Assembly: GCA_026770705.1 (NCBI GenBank)
Contig: JANJGN010000018.1
Location: 78,182,001 to 78,246,000 of the forward strand
Source: Isurus oxyrinchus
Lineage: Eukaryota
Direction of reading: 5' to 3'
DNA length: 64,000 nt
Part shown: piece after piece, positions 14,300-27,275 of the stretch
Layout of the letters: each line of letters starts with the position of its first letter
How positions within the stretch are numbered: the stretch's first letter is position 1
Made by a program: the position numbers and the translations under genes
Notes under the pieces: generated by a model
What the model was told of the DNA's origin: nothing
Database searches by the model: none
What the model saw: the letters and a program-made list of their open reading frames with translations, nothing else

Positions 14300-17200
14300 A
14301 GAATCACATGATAGAACATGTCCAGGGAATTATAGACCAAGACAAAACAAAACTGCGGATGCTGGAAATCCAAAACAAAAACAGAATTACCTGGAAAAAC
14401 TCAGCAGGTCTGGCAGCATCGGCGGAGAAGAAAAGAGTTGACGTTTCGAGTCCTCATGACCCTTCGACAGAACTTGATTTCGAGTCCAAGAAAGAGTTGA
14501 AATATAAGCTGGTTTAAGGTGTGTGTGGCGGGGGGGGGGGGGGGGGGCGGAGAGATAGAGAGAGAGAGAGGTGCTTGTGTAGACAAACAAGCAGTGATAG
14601 AAGCAGATCATCAAAAGATGTCAGTGACAATGGTACAAAAGAACACATAGGTGTTAAAGTTAAAGTTGGTGATATTATCTAAACGAATGTGCTAATTAAG
14701 AATGGATGGTAGGGCACTCAAGGTATAGCTCTAGTGGGGGTGGGGGAGCATAAAAGATTTTAAAATATTTAAAAATAATGGAAATAGGTGGGAAAAGAAA
14801 AATCTATATAATTTATAGGGGAAAAAAAAGGGAAAAAGGGGGAAACAGAAAGGGGGTGGGGATGGGGGAGGGAGCTCACGACCTAAAGTTGTTGAACTCA
14901 ATATTCAGACCGGAAGGCTGTAAGGTGCCTAGTCGGAAGATGAGGTGTTGTTCCTCCAGTTTGCGTTGGGCTTCACTGGAACAATGTAGCAAGCCAAGGA
15001 CAGACATGTGGGCAAGAGAGCAGGGTGGAGTGTTAAAATGGCAAGCGACAGGGAGGTTTGGATCATTCTTGCGGACAGACCGCAGGTGTTCTGCAAAGCG
15101 GTCGCCCAGTTTACGTTTGGTCTCTCCAATGTAGAGGAGACCACATTGGGAGCAACGAATGCAGTAGACTAAGTTGGGGGAAATGCAAGTGAAATGCTGC
15201 TTCACTTGAAAGGAATGTTTGGGCCCTTGGACGGTGAGGAGAGAGGAAGTGAAGGGGCAGGTGTTACATCTTTTGCGTGGGCATGGGGTGGTGCCATAGG
15301 AGGGGGTTGAGGAGTAGGGGGTGATGGAGGAGTGGACCAGGGTGTCCCGGAGGGAGCGATCTCTACGGAATGCCGATAAGGGGGGTGAAGGGAAGATGTG
15401 TTTGGTGGTGGCATCATGCTGGAGTTGGCGGAAATGGTGGAGGATGATCCTTTGAATGCGGAGGCTGGTGGGGTGATAAGTGAGGACAAGGGGGAGCCTA
15501 TCATGTTTCTGGGAGGGAGGAGAAGGCATGAGGGCGGATGCGCGGGAGATGGGCCGGACACGGTTGAGGGCCCTGTCAACGACCGTGGGTGGAAAACCTC
15601 GGTTAAGGAAGAAGGAGGACATGTCAGAGGAACCGTTTTTGAAGGTAGCATCATCGGAACAGATGCGACGAAGGCGAAGGAACTGGGAGAATGGGATGGA
15701 GTCCTTACAGGAAGCGGGGTGTGAGGAGCTGTAGTCGAGGTAGCTGTGGGAGTCGGTGGGTTTGTAATGGATATTGGTGGACAGTCTATCCCCAGAGATT
15801 GAGACAGAGAGGTCAAGGAAGGGAAGGGAAGTGTCAGAGATGGACCACGTGAAAATGATGGAGGGGTGGAGATTGGAAGCAAAATTAATAAATTTTTCCA
15901 AGTCCCGACGAGAGCATGAAGCGGCACCGAAGTAATCATCGATGTACCGGAGAAAAAGTTGTGGAAGGGGGCCGGAGTAGGACTGCAACAAGGAATGTTC
16001 CACATACCTCATAAAGAGACAGGAATAGCTGGGGCCCATGCGGGCCCCATTATAGACCAGTCTGCTTAGCACTGGTGGTAGGAAAAATAATGGAATCCTT
16101 ACTCATGAAGAAAATAGAAAAAGATCTAGAAACTAAAGATATAATAATGAATAATCAGCATGGATTTCAAAAGGGAAAGTCTTGCATGGCCAACCTCGTT
16201 TAATCCTTTGAAAATTAACAGAGAGTAAACAAGGGTCAGGGTCATAGATGTCATTTATCTAGATTTCCAAAAGGTCATCAATATGGCGCTATCTACTAGG
16301 TTAATGAATAAAGTCAGAGCATGGGGAGTCATAGGGACAAGTATCAGAATGGATAGCTAGCTGTTAGCAAGACAGAAAGCTGGGAATAGGTATAATAGAT
16401 GATTATTCAGATTTGCAAAAGGTGGAAAGTGTTTCTATAAGAGTCAATGCTGGGACACAATTTATGTTCATGATTTTGACTTAGAAAGCAAAAAACACAA
16501 TTACTAAATTTGCAAATGACACCAGGCAGGATAGTCAGTCTTTTTCTTCAGCTCTCTGCCCAAAGACAGGTGCAACCCTCAGCACCAAATCTCCACCATG
16601 GGTAGGGCAAAGAGGCAGGTCCTGAATCTAAACCAGCCAGAACGGGGATCAAACCCCATCCTGTTGGCACCACACTGATCCATGCTAGCCTTGCAGCCAA
16701 CTGGCTCCCCAAAGGGTCCAAGTTGCTGTGGCAACATGCATATTGTACTCCAGAGCTATAAATAGTGACTGAATAGTTCTTTCTGTCATGTGGCTGACCA
16801 GGTATTTCTCTCAATCTTATTGTCTGCCATTGGCGTATGTTGGAAAAAAACTTACAAACTGATACTTAACCTGTCTTATGGACATATTCTCCTTGGCTAT
16901 GAAATCCTGGAGTGGAGCTTGAGCCTAGAACCTAGAATTTCTATCTCAAAGACAGGGACACGACCACTGCACCACAAGTCCACCTGACATAGTTACTACT
17001 GCAACAAATGACAAGAAACATTAACAGATGTGCAGAAAGGGCATATCATTGGCAAATAAATCTCAAAATGGCTAAAGGCGAGGAAGTCACATTTTACTTG
17101 AAAAATAAGAATGTAAATGGGGTAGAGGAACAAAGGAACAAAATACTAAATCACTAAAAGTAGTGATACAGCTTAGGAAGGCCTTAAAAAAGCAAACCAA

Positions 17201-17460
17201 GCAAAAGGGTTTATTTCAAGAGGGATAGATATGAAAAATTATGGAATTATGCTGAACATGTATCAAACTTTGGTTAAATCATATTTGGAGTAGTGCAGGC
17301 CGTATGTGTCATATTATAAAAAGGATATAGAGGAACTGATTTACAAGGATTATACCAGATATGCAATATTTTAACTGCCAGGAAAAGAGAAAAGCTAAGA
17401 GTAACCTAATGGAAGTCTTGAAAATTATGAATGGTTTTGATCGAATAGTCATAAAATGTT
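14300..17460 (+). mobile_element. Old decayed CR1 LINE, split by the Penelope insertion and SINE fragments
   Basis: PGNYRPVCL is rebuilt across the Penelope TSD. NQHGFQKGKSC, IYLDFQK and KFANDT remnants at 16150-16525; 3' RT remnants at 17020-17460. Confidence 0.75.
14340..16048 (-). mobile_element. Penelope-like retroelement (Neptune-like), 5'-truncated, young; RT C-terminus + GIY-YIG endonuclease
   Basis: ORF 14876..16072 is open across the element: RMGPSYSCLFM, FLRYIDD, Cys-rich linker PCPRKRCNTC, NLVYCIRCSQCGLLYIGET. CpG-rich. 11-bp TSD attatagacca at 14329-14339 and 16049-16059. Confidence 0.93.
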
Positions 17461-17499
17461 AGAAATTGACTTAAGCCAATTTATTGGTGGGGAGGGGGG

Positions 17500-18180
17500 G
17501 GTGGGGAGTCATGACTCATGTTCCACAAACTGTCTGCATCCATGCAGATTGAGGTTGGGATGATACAATTTTGTTTATCACCTCATCTGTATGACTTTTA
17601 TACTAGCACATGTGACTCCAGCGTTGTTTCTCTGTCAGCCAATCTACCTGCAGCAGCTGCACACAGCATGAGGCCCAAGCAAGGTTAGCCAATCAAATGA
17701 TCCAGGCGGCCTGCTCCTCTTAAACGTTCACTGCCTATTAAAGAGAAGGCTGTACACCTATAATCTTGCCAGAAAGAAAACCAGTTTTCAACATTGAAAG
17801 GATGTCTCAACAGCCAAGCAAGAGGGTTCCCCCCTTTGACCCTGCACTGAATGCTCTGGTCACTGAGGTGGACTCCAGGAGGGTGGTAATGTTTCTCCAG
17901 GCGTGATAGAAGCTCTCCAAGCTCACCCTGATGAGGAAATGGGATCACATGACCTGTAGTCTGGTGTCACAGATGTGGCAGCAAAACAGGAAGAAAAAGA
18001 ATGACCTCACACTGTTTCGTGTCAGGGTAGCATCCATTCACAGCATTCTGGCACACGGTGTGCACCTTCCTTCAGCACCATTGGTGCCCAGGATGCAGTC
18101 AGCAGTTTGGCATGGCCCACACTCAGTAAGCAATGAAAGACTTTGTGATACTGGAGATTGCTACATCAACCAATTTTGCG
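17500..18180 (+). mobile_element. Harbinger Myb/SANT remnant
   Basis: Degenerate ALNALVTEVDSRR...MWQQNRKKKNDLT, similar to the other Myb remnants in the window. Confidence 0.5.
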
Positions 18181-18322
18181 CTCACAGAGTGTTTCCATTT
18201 ATGGGAAAGAGAAAAAATGGAGGCCACCAAGATAGTCATAGATATTTTCAAAATGAAGTATAGATGCCTTTGAACATTTAGAATAATGCAATAGACAATC
18301 TTTGATTAAAAAGATTGTCAGT

Positions 18323-18450
18323 TCATATATCATAAGGGTGCTCTTGGCCAAGCAGTGAGTAGATAACATTATCAACATTGGTAGACTGCTGTCTTGCACT
18401 TTGATCACTTTCAGGCATGGCTCCTTTCTTTGACGATGAAGCTATTTTTT
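18323..18450 (-). CDS. Ig-superfamily VJ-C1 receptor, terminal exon: cytoplasmic tail with ITIM
   Basis: Acceptor ttcctgtttggtttgttgcag. In phase 1 it reads KKIASSSKKGAMPESDQSARQQSTNVDNVIYSLLGQEHPYDI-stop (TGA at 18325-18323). VIYSLL matches the ITIM consensus (I/V/L/S)xYxx(L/V). Confidence 0.75.
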
Positions 18451-19689
18451 CTGCAACAAACCAAACAGGAAAATTCTTAGAGAATGGTTGCAGCACATAA
18501 ATAATGTCAACTGCAGTATGGAGAGTTTGCTTTAAAATGAACAGTAGATAAATTCAACATGTTGTTAGTGTAGTTACTGAATAGCAATGGTGAAAGAAAA
18601 ATGCCAAACTAGAAATCTGAAATGAAAACATAAAATGCTGTAAATACACAATAAGACAATCAACATCTGTAAAGGGAGATGAGAAGTTAAAACGTTTCTG
18701 TGTGTACATTACAGTAAAACACCAGATTGAAATATAACAGGTGCCTTAGTAAGGTTAGGAAAATCAGAGGTAAAAAAGAGGAAGATCAAAATAGAGAATC
18801 AATAAATGGGAACTAAATTGGTTGAATAAGCTGCAAACTGCTTAACAGAAAAGAGTTAGATCAGTGGAGACAAAATCGTCCAAGAAGGGACTCATAGATG
18901 AAACATGTAAACCTGGAGAATGAAGAATTGGAATGTGGGTACAGTAAATGCAATCCTTGAGAACAGAGGGAGCAGGCGAAGCAGAATCAACACAGTCGCC
19001 AATATAATTGAGGAAGAGATCAGGAAGTGTACCCGAATAGGAATTGGAATTGGAATAAGGAATCAAGATGTCCTACAAAGACAAAGAATTAATGTGGATT
19101 CCCATGACAACAACTTTTATCTGAAGGAAGTCAATAGTATTAAAAGAAAATAAAAAGTGTCCTGACCAGAAGACAAGAAGAAAAATATATATATATATAT
19201 CTACGTTAACCTGGCTACTCTATAATTTTTTTTTTATATGGATCAAGGCTTTACCCTGACTAGCCATGACTAATACCAGAGGAATTTCTAACCTTCAGAA
19301 ACCAGTAGCCACCTTGTTATCTTTAAACAGGTGCTAATGCCCCTGTGACTGCAGAAAATCAAATTCCAACCCCCTTTACAGTTCTAAGGCAGAGCTGGTC
19401 AACGGAGACAGTATACAAGGACAAAAGGAACCTTGACAGCTCTCTTGAACACTTCAAGATTCCAGACCTCGAAAAATACATCCTTTGTCCAACATCCAGG
19501 AGAAGATGTGGGAGATATGTCACAAGACCGTCCCCAAGCTGCTAGAACTTCTAATATTGCTGTGTGGAACTAAACCCAGGCAGTCTACCATTTTACCATC
19601 TAACAGGCAGTAGCAGAAAGAGCTCTGCCCTTATCTACACCCATGAACTACTGGAACATCAGAACTCCTGTATTTGTGTATTTGTATTT

Positions 19690-20021
19690 GGGGAGGCAAT
19701 AGTAGGATTGCTACTGGCCTAGTAATCCAGAGACACAGAGTAATGCTACTGGGTTCAAATCCCTGCCATAGCAGATAGTGGAATTTGAATTCAATAAAAA
19801 TCTGGAATTAAAAGTCTGAAACTGTTGTCAATTGTGGTAAAAAACCCATCTGGCCCTTTAGGGAAGAAAATCTGCTGTCCTTATCTGATCTGATCTACAT
19901 GTGACTCCAGATCCACAGCAATGTGGTTGATTCTTAAATGCCTCTGAGCAAGGGCAGTTAGGGATGGGCAATAAATGCTGGCCTAGCCAGTGATGCCCAC
20001 ATCCAATGAAAGGAAAAAAAA
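19690..20021 (+). mobile_element. tRNA-derived SINE
   Basis: B-box-like gggttcaaatccc; 3' tail ataaatgctggcctagccagtgatgcccac...A-rich; second copy at about 53485-53850. Confidence 0.7.
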
Positions 20022-20632
20022 GACTCATTCATCTCTACATGCATGGAATTGTAGAATTCTTCACTTCTGGGAAGATGGATCAGCTCTGGACTTTTGGTTC
20101 TGTACCCTGAACTCACATGAAACCATAACTCTTACTTTTATTGTGGTCTTGTCCCTTTCATTTCCTTATCTCTCTTTTATTGTATGAGTGCAAATGGGGC
20201 AGACATTGTGAAACCCCCTTCCCTTTTGTGTGCATGTAAGTAAACCAACCCTTTTATTTTACCTTATCTCTAGTTTATTAGTAGAGGACTGGATCACTCC
20301 AAATTGAAAGGTTGGGGAAAACATGCCACCACTTATAAAGGGTGAAATCAGAAATCAAAAACACCCTTCTGTTTTTGGATGGTTAGTGAGAGGAGAAAGC
20401 TGGGCTATTTAAATTAACCCCCCTCCTGTCCATAACCAAAGCAAAAACTGTAAATGGAAGAATTCTGAAATAAGAGCAGAAAATGCAGGAAGCACTCACT
20501 TAGCAGGTTAGCATGGAGAGAAGTAGCAAGTTAACAATTCAGGTGCAATCTGCTGACTGCTTCTGTCATTTTCTGGAGTTAAAACAAAGGTTACTTCAAG
20601 AGATAATAAGTTCAGTCAAGTAGAGGATGATT

Positions 20633-21323
20633 ACCTTCGATCTGTCCGCAAGCATTACCCAGACCTCCCTGTCGCTTGCCATTTCAACACTCCACCCTGC
20701 TCTCATGCCCACATGTCTGTCCTTGGCTTGCTGCATTGTTCCAGTGAAGCTCAACGCAAACTGGAGGAACAGCACCGCATCTTCCGACAAGGCACTTCAC
20801 AGCCTTCCGGACTGAATATTGAGTTCAACAATTTTAGATCATGAACTCTCTCCTCCAACCCCACCCCTTTTCTGATCCCTCCCTTTTTTTTCCAATAATT
20901 TATATAGATTTTTCTTTTCCCACCTATTTCCATTATTTTTAAATGTATTTCCATCCATTTCCATTTTAGCTCTACCTTTTAGCCTTTTTTGATTCCTTCA
21001 CCCCACCCCACCCCCACTAGGGCTATCTGTAACTTGTTTGTCCTGCTTTCTACCCTTAATTAGCACATTCCTTAGATAATATCACCACCTTCAACATCTC
21101 TTTGTCCTTTTGTCTGTGACATCTTTTGGCTATCTCCACCTATCACTAGACCTCTATCCAGCTCTACTTGTCCCTCCCCCCCACCTTAAATCAGCTTATA
21201 TTTCACCTCTCTTCTATTTTTACTTAGTTCTGTTGAAGGGTCATTCAGACTCGAAACGTTAACTGTGCTCCTCTCCGCAGATGCTGCCAGACCTGCTGAG
21301 TTTTTCCAGGTATTTTTGTTTTT
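20633..21323 (+). mobile_element. Penelope-like element, 3' fragment
   Basis: Homologous to 14350-15090 (end of GIY-YIG domain and 3' UTR). TSD gtagaggatgatt/gtagaggaggatt at 20620-20632 and 21324-21336. Confidence 0.88.
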
Positions 21324-22296
21324 GTAGAGGAGGATTGTTGTGGTCAGGATAGGTTGGCCTGCTTATCAAAGAAGAATGGAGGGCTCAGAGATAATCTTAA
21401 TGAGGAATGTAGAAGCACTTGCACGGGATAAAAAATCAGCCAAATGGGTCAGGAGGAGTGTCTAAGTAGGAATAGGAATACTCAAGACATCCTGCACAAC
21501 AAGATCCCAGTTAAAGGAAGGTGATAATAATTAGATAATCCAATTTTAGATGAGGTATAAATATTAGCCAGGACGTAGAGAACACCTGTGCTCTTCTTTA
21601 CAATAAAGCGCAAATAACAGTTTGAATAATTGATAATGCTGCTAATGAATAAAATGGCCTCTGCCAAATATCTCCCACCTCACCCACCTCATTATATATT
21701 GATTTAACTACATCTGAGGCACAAGTCTGGGCCTTTTGGATAGTACGACCAATTAATGCCCTTTGACGTGGCTTAGCAAGCCATTCAATTGCCTTCAACA
21801 TGAAAGAAATGTCCCAAGGTGTTTCCCAGAAATTAAAGAAAGGAATGAATGCTGAGTAAAAGAAAGGGATATTAGGAGGGGAGAGCCATAGTTTATTCAA
21901 AGACTGAATTATAAAGAGGATTTTAAAGGAGGACAGGGAAGTGGAGAGGTTTAAAGAAGAGATTCTAAACTATGGGAGCCAGAGGTTCCAATAGTGAGAA
22001 GAAGGGAGGGGTAATGCACAATAGGCCAGAGTCAGATGAAAGGTGAGTTCAAGGAGTGAAGGGGTTGTAGGGATGGAGGAAGTTACAGAGATTGGGATGG
22101 ATGGGCAATATCACAAGGGATTTGAACACAGGAAGTTTTCTGGCTACCAACAGATAGATAAGAGTGGAACTAAGCAAGGGTAGTCCCACATACATGGGCA
22201 AAATACAGCAGATGTAGGAAAATTGACATAAAAGCTGAAAATGCTGGAAATGTTCAGGAGGTTTGGCAGCCTCTGTAGGGAGAGAGCAGATATAAT

Positions 22297-22971
22297 GGGC
22301 TGAATTTTGTGGAGGTGCCAGAAGTCCCACCGAAAGAACCGAAAATGGGAGGCAACCCTGCTTTAGCCAGCAGTTGGATCAGAGGAGGCATATTGCCAGT
22401 GGCAGCTAATTAAGTGGCCATCACAGGGCTGCCATCTAATCAGAGGGCCGGTAGCTCAGCAGCCTCAATAGCTCTGCCATTAACAGTGGCAATCCTGAAC
22501 ACCAGGGAGAGGGCATCTCAATGGCAGGGCAACTTCAAGGACTGGGAAGTATGCTTGGGGGATGCTGGGTCCAGGCAGACAGGCCTGCAGTTTGGAGTTA
22601 AGTGTCACTGAGCAAAGGCAGCGTGGTAGCCAAAAGGGTGGCCATTGTCACCAGGAGACCATGGAGCATGGTGTTCCCCTAAAGGAGGGCACCCTCCCAC
22701 CCTGGTGCCCACTGGGAGGCCACCAAGTTTCACCTGGCAGTCTTCACATGCAACAGCAGGCCCTCCCGTGCAGGCAAATTGCACATGGAGGCAAGAGGTG
22801 GCCACTAATTGGCTACTTAAGTGGCTCAATTGGGCTCCCAGCGGCAGCTGATCTGCCAATATCCCCCTGCTGGCAAAATGGCATGGAGGCGGGAGGACAG
22901 GGACACCCCCCCCCATTTTGCCAGCCTTCCCACCTCCCAGCCCATCCACAAAAGACCCAGGAAGTTCAACC
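22297..22971. mobile_element. Harbinger-type non-autonomous element (MITE) within an old Penelope end fragment
   Basis: Starts with TIR-like gggctgaattt and ends gaagttcaacc; flanked by decayed gctggaaat...cagc Penelope-end sequence. Confidence 0.55.
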
Positions 22972-23139
22972 TGAAACATTGAACCTGTTTTTCTCCACGG
23001 CTGCTGCCTGACCTGCTGAGTATTTCCAGCATTTTCTGTTTACATCAGTAGTTCTAATGAGCTGGAGAACAAAAGAGGATGGTGTGGTCGACCTTGCCAA
23101 AGACTGCAGAGAAATCAAAGATGATGAGGAGAAAAAAAG

Positions 23140-23550
23140 AAAAAACTTGAATTTGTATGGGGTCTTTCGCAATCTCAACGCACAATGCAACTAATTTTAC
23201 AGCTACTTTTGGTATATTTTGTCATGTGTGAAAATAACAGCCAATTTGTGCAATTCCCATATACAGGTATGTGATAATAGCTGGATAATCTGTTTCTTTC
23301 ATGCCATTGGTAGAGGGATAAATACTGGTCAGGACACTAGGGAGAACACTTCTTTGAAATAGTGCCATGTTCCCCAGAGAGGATAGATGGGGCCTTCATT
23401 TTAACATTTCATCTAAATGGCAGCACCTTCGACATTGCAACACTGCTCCAGTACTGCACTGAAATGCCAACCTCGATTTTGTGTTCCAATCTTTGGAGTG
23501 ACACTTAAACCCACAACCTTCTGACTCAGAGGAGAGTGTTGCTACTGAAC
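23140..23550 (-). mobile_element. Deu-domain SINE (SacSINE1/AmnSINE1-like)
   Basis: Reverse complement contains cagtgcagtactggagcagtgttgcaatgtcgaaggtgctgcc...ggcactatttcaaagaag, the Deu core as I recall it. Other copies at about 53310-54000 (-) and 54310-54620 (+). Confidence 0.65.
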
Positions 23551-23722
23551 CAGGTTTGGTGCAGGAGGGATAATGCACTACAGTTATGGTCATGGAAGAT
23601 ATAATTTGTTCAGATACAATTTGTTTCAATGCTGTGTCAGGACAAAATCTGATTGGAGAGATTCACACAGCAAGTTGTTTGAAGATGGTCACAGATTTGG
23701 AAGGTAACAACATGTTCAAGTA

Positions 23723-24194
23723 TAAAAGCAAAAAACTGCGGATGCTGGAAATCCAAAACAAAAACAAAAATACCTGGAAAAACTCAGCAGGTCTGGCAGC
23801 ATCTGCGGAGAGGAACACAGTTAACGTTTCCAGTCTGAATGACCCTTCAACAGAACTACGTAAAAATAGAAGAGAGGTGAAATATAAGGGGGGTTTAAGA
23901 GGAGGGGGGGACAAGTAGAGCTGGATAGAGGGCTAGTGATAGGTGGAGATAACCAAATAATGTCACAGACAAAAGGACAAAGAGGTGTTGAAGGTGGTGA
24001 TATTATCTAAGGAATGTGCTAATTAAAGGTAGAAAGCAGGACAAGCAAGGTACAGATAGCCCTAGTGGGGGTGGGGTGGGGTGAAGGAATCAAAAAAGGC
24101 TAAAAGGTAGAGATAAAACAATGGATGGAAATACATTTAAAAATAATGGAAGTAGGTGGGAAAAGAAAAATCTATGTAAATTAATGGAAAAAAA
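23723..24194 (-). mobile_element. Penelope-like element, 3' UTR fragment
   Basis: Reverse-complement match to 20880-21323. 11-bp TSD atgttcaagta at 23712-23722 and 24195-24205. Confidence 0.88.
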
Positions 24195-24627
24195 ATGTTC
24201 AAGTACTTTGTCAAGAAAAGGGAAATAGAAGATATGATGGTAATTCACAGTGGCATGTGGGTAAATATTTAAATCTATATTGAAATACTCCTTACCAGAG
24301 CCAGATTACTGATTTTGTGTGCTCAATTTGTTTGTCAACAATTCCAGTAAGACTCATTTGAAAATTACAAACTAGCCTGTAAATGGCTCAGATAATCCTG
24401 AGCCTCTGTGAACTCTGAAGAATCAGTGAGTTCAGTAAGAAGAGTCCACTGCGTCGGACTAGCTTAATCAAAAAATTTGTGCCATTAGACTTGTGTGTTC
24501 ACTTCATATCATAAACCGTGGCCTTACAGCTGTGAATTTAACATAAACTCTAAAGGTACTGGCTACAACAACTCTTTTTGGGTTAAAAGTAAAGTTAGAG
24601 TGAAACCTAAAAAACATGAGCACTTAC

Positions 24628-24732
24628 TTGAAACTGAACACGTACAATGTACTGCAACAACCACAAGCACCATCAGTGCACTTAGACTGCTAACTATTCG
24701 TATTATCCACAATTGTTTATCACTGGCAGAAC
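24628..24732 (-). CDS. Ig-superfamily VJ-C1 receptor, exon 4: transmembrane exon with intramembrane Arg
   Basis: 105-nt phase 1-1 exon (acceptor ttctcaacag, donor TCAA|gtaagt) in unique sequence. Translates GSASDKQLWIIRIVSSLSALMVLVVVAVHCTCSVS, in frame with the C1 exon. Confidence 0.8.
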
Positions 24733-26154
24733 CTGTTGAGAATTATTAAGGACATGCATTAAAAGCTATGTTGAATATCATACCATAAAGCAGCACTTTA
24801 GACTTTCATCTAACTTTTTTGCTTTAAATGTAACTTTTAAATAAATTTGTATGACAACATCAGGGGGGGAATTTTTAGCTCGTTGGGCAGGCGCTCGCCC
24901 GACCTGACCAAGCTTAAAATGATGTCGTTGCACATTTGCGAGATATTTCGGTCAGCCGGCGCACGCAGGAGTTGGCAGCTCACTCGCCAACAATTAAAAG
25001 GCCTATTAAGACCATTAAAAAGGAAATTTTTATTGTTGGCGGACAGGTGAAAAGACCAAGCAGCCTTTGCATTTTTTAGGAAACGTCACCTCATGGATGA
25101 GGATTCCAATAGCAAATAAAAATAAAATAAGTGTTTTAAAATTTCATTTATAACATGTCCCAGCTCAGGTGAGTCAACAGAATGCTGACAATGGAAGCCA
25201 TGCCTTTAATAACAGTCAAAAGCCTAGAAATTCCTGGAACGTGACTTCATTACCACAAATGAGGCAGGGTGGGACAGTCACTTGTTTACTCATTTAAACA
25301 AATGGTGCAGCCTTGTGTCCTTAGCAACGCTGGTGGAGCAGTGAAGTTTCAAACTAGCACTTGGCTGCTATGGGGGAAGAGTTCAGGCTGGTCTGATCAG
25401 AAAATTCAATGACAGAGTTTTTCCTGAATGCTCCTTTCATTATGGGCCAACTCTCTAATCCTAGTTGATTTCATAGAAATCTGTTGTTATTGGGATAAGC
25501 TTTGTGGAGCCTACTTATAGCTGTTGTCTATTGACATACTTACTTTTGATCATACCCTGGCCAGAGATGGAGTGATTTTCAAGGAGCCAATGATCTCACC
25601 AATCAGACTTTTAAATATGATGGTACAAAGGCACTCTGGGACTTAACAATGAAACTAGTAAGGGGTAGAAACCTGGTGAAACAGATGCTGCTGTAAAATC
25701 CTCTCCCCCACCCAGCCTGTGTTAATTCCATATCTAAGATGGACCTGAATTTTGAGGTCATAGTGTTTTTAGTGCAGATGGGATATCTGGAACCTGTTTG
25801 AAGAAGCTAAAGTGTTTCAACAAGACAGTAATTCGATTTCAAGGTTGCTAAGTGTTGGTGTCCCACAAAGCCTTCCTTTTAGAATGGGTTATAGGAAGGT
25901 CATTAGCATGCAACCAAATGTGAGTGGAATATGTCTAACAGTTATTGAAGTTGAAATAGTGTAATTTGTCCAAACCCAAATTAGGCTATTTATATTCCTG
26001 ATCAACATCCTTCATGGGTCATCTTCCTATTATTACGATCGTTATCACCTTTATTTCACAGAATAGCTTCAAAACAAATGCCGATTCTCCACAGGAATTA
26101 TTGGTCAGGTGTCTACAGCTTGGTTTCTCTTGACTTAAATTAACATAACTCATA

Positions 26155-27275
26155 GGGCAGAATTGTCCCAGATTTGCACAAAGTGCGGTAGTGGGCAGGA
26201 AAAAAGTCATTTTAGCCACAGCTGCAATGGCGGGTTTTCACGTCATATTGTCTCATTCCAACCTCATTAATTATGTAGCCACAAGAAACGTGCCGTCTTG
26301 CTGGTGGGTGGCCTCTGATTTTCCCGCCACGCCATTACCTCGCTGTTCCCTCATGCAGGGCACCGCATTTAAACTGCAGCTCTGTGCACAATTCTCAATA
26401 TTTACAGCCCAGGACTGCTCCAGTGAAGACATGGCCCCAAAGGCCAAGAAGAGTGCAGCACCCCCCTTCCCCTGAATAAGTGACACATCCTTGGAATGCC
26501 TTCTGGATGCTGTGTAGGCCTGAGGCAATGTTTTCTACCCCTGCTCTGGCTGCAGGAGGCCCATCAGTCCTGCCACTCTAGCTTGGGAGGCAGTGGCAGA
26601 AATGGTCAGTGCCAACGCTAAATACAAGATGGCGACCATCCAGTGCAGAAAACGGATGAATGATCTCATCCATGTCACCAGGGTAAGGCAACCATCTGAT
26701 CACTCTAAATTCACACACTCACAAGGCTATAACACATTAACTGGCATCTAACCCACACCCAGCTCAAGGGACATCACCACTCACTCTCTCACACACCTGG
26801 GACACCGCCTTCCCTAGTACAGCCCACACCCTGCAGCATCTTTCCTTGCCTGAGGCTACTTCTCCCTCTTCCCCAAGCACTAAGCCCTAGCCCTGCAGCA
26901 GTTGAAAGGCCACTCCCCAACATATAACTGGCCTGGTGGGTAGAAACCTGTCCGTGGTCCCCCCTAAAAGTGACAGGATGCTGCCTGAAAAGCCTGGCGC
27001 TGTTAGCCGCAAGTGTTGTCCAAAGCAAGGTAGGCGAAGAAACCTCAAAGTCCCGAGGGAAGTACAGCTCGCCAGATGCACGTCACTTTTGTTCAATTGT
27101 GAAACACATCAGTGTGCAGCAGTGGGAAGCGCTGCCTGCCATTGATGGGTGAAGCGGATGATCGGAAACTGATTCACGATGGTGTGAAGATGAATTTTGG
27201 CCTTCTTGCCATATTGCTCCTCATCACCGCCTGTCATGAGTTGCAACACCAAGGTGGGGCCAGAAAATTCTGGCC
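26155..27275. mobile_element. Non-autonomous Harbinger element with Myb/SANT 5' remnant
   Basis: TIRs gggcagaattgtcc / gaaaattctggcc. Internal MAPKAKKSAAP...QCRKRMNDL remnant. Left end matches the reverse complement of the right end of the 32287 element. Confidence 0.8.

Noticed and set aside
15202-16005. Long alternative-frame and antisense ORFs over the Penelope and Harbinger copies
   Set aside because: These are shadow ORFs of GC-rich transposon coding sequence with low-complexity Pro/Ser translations.
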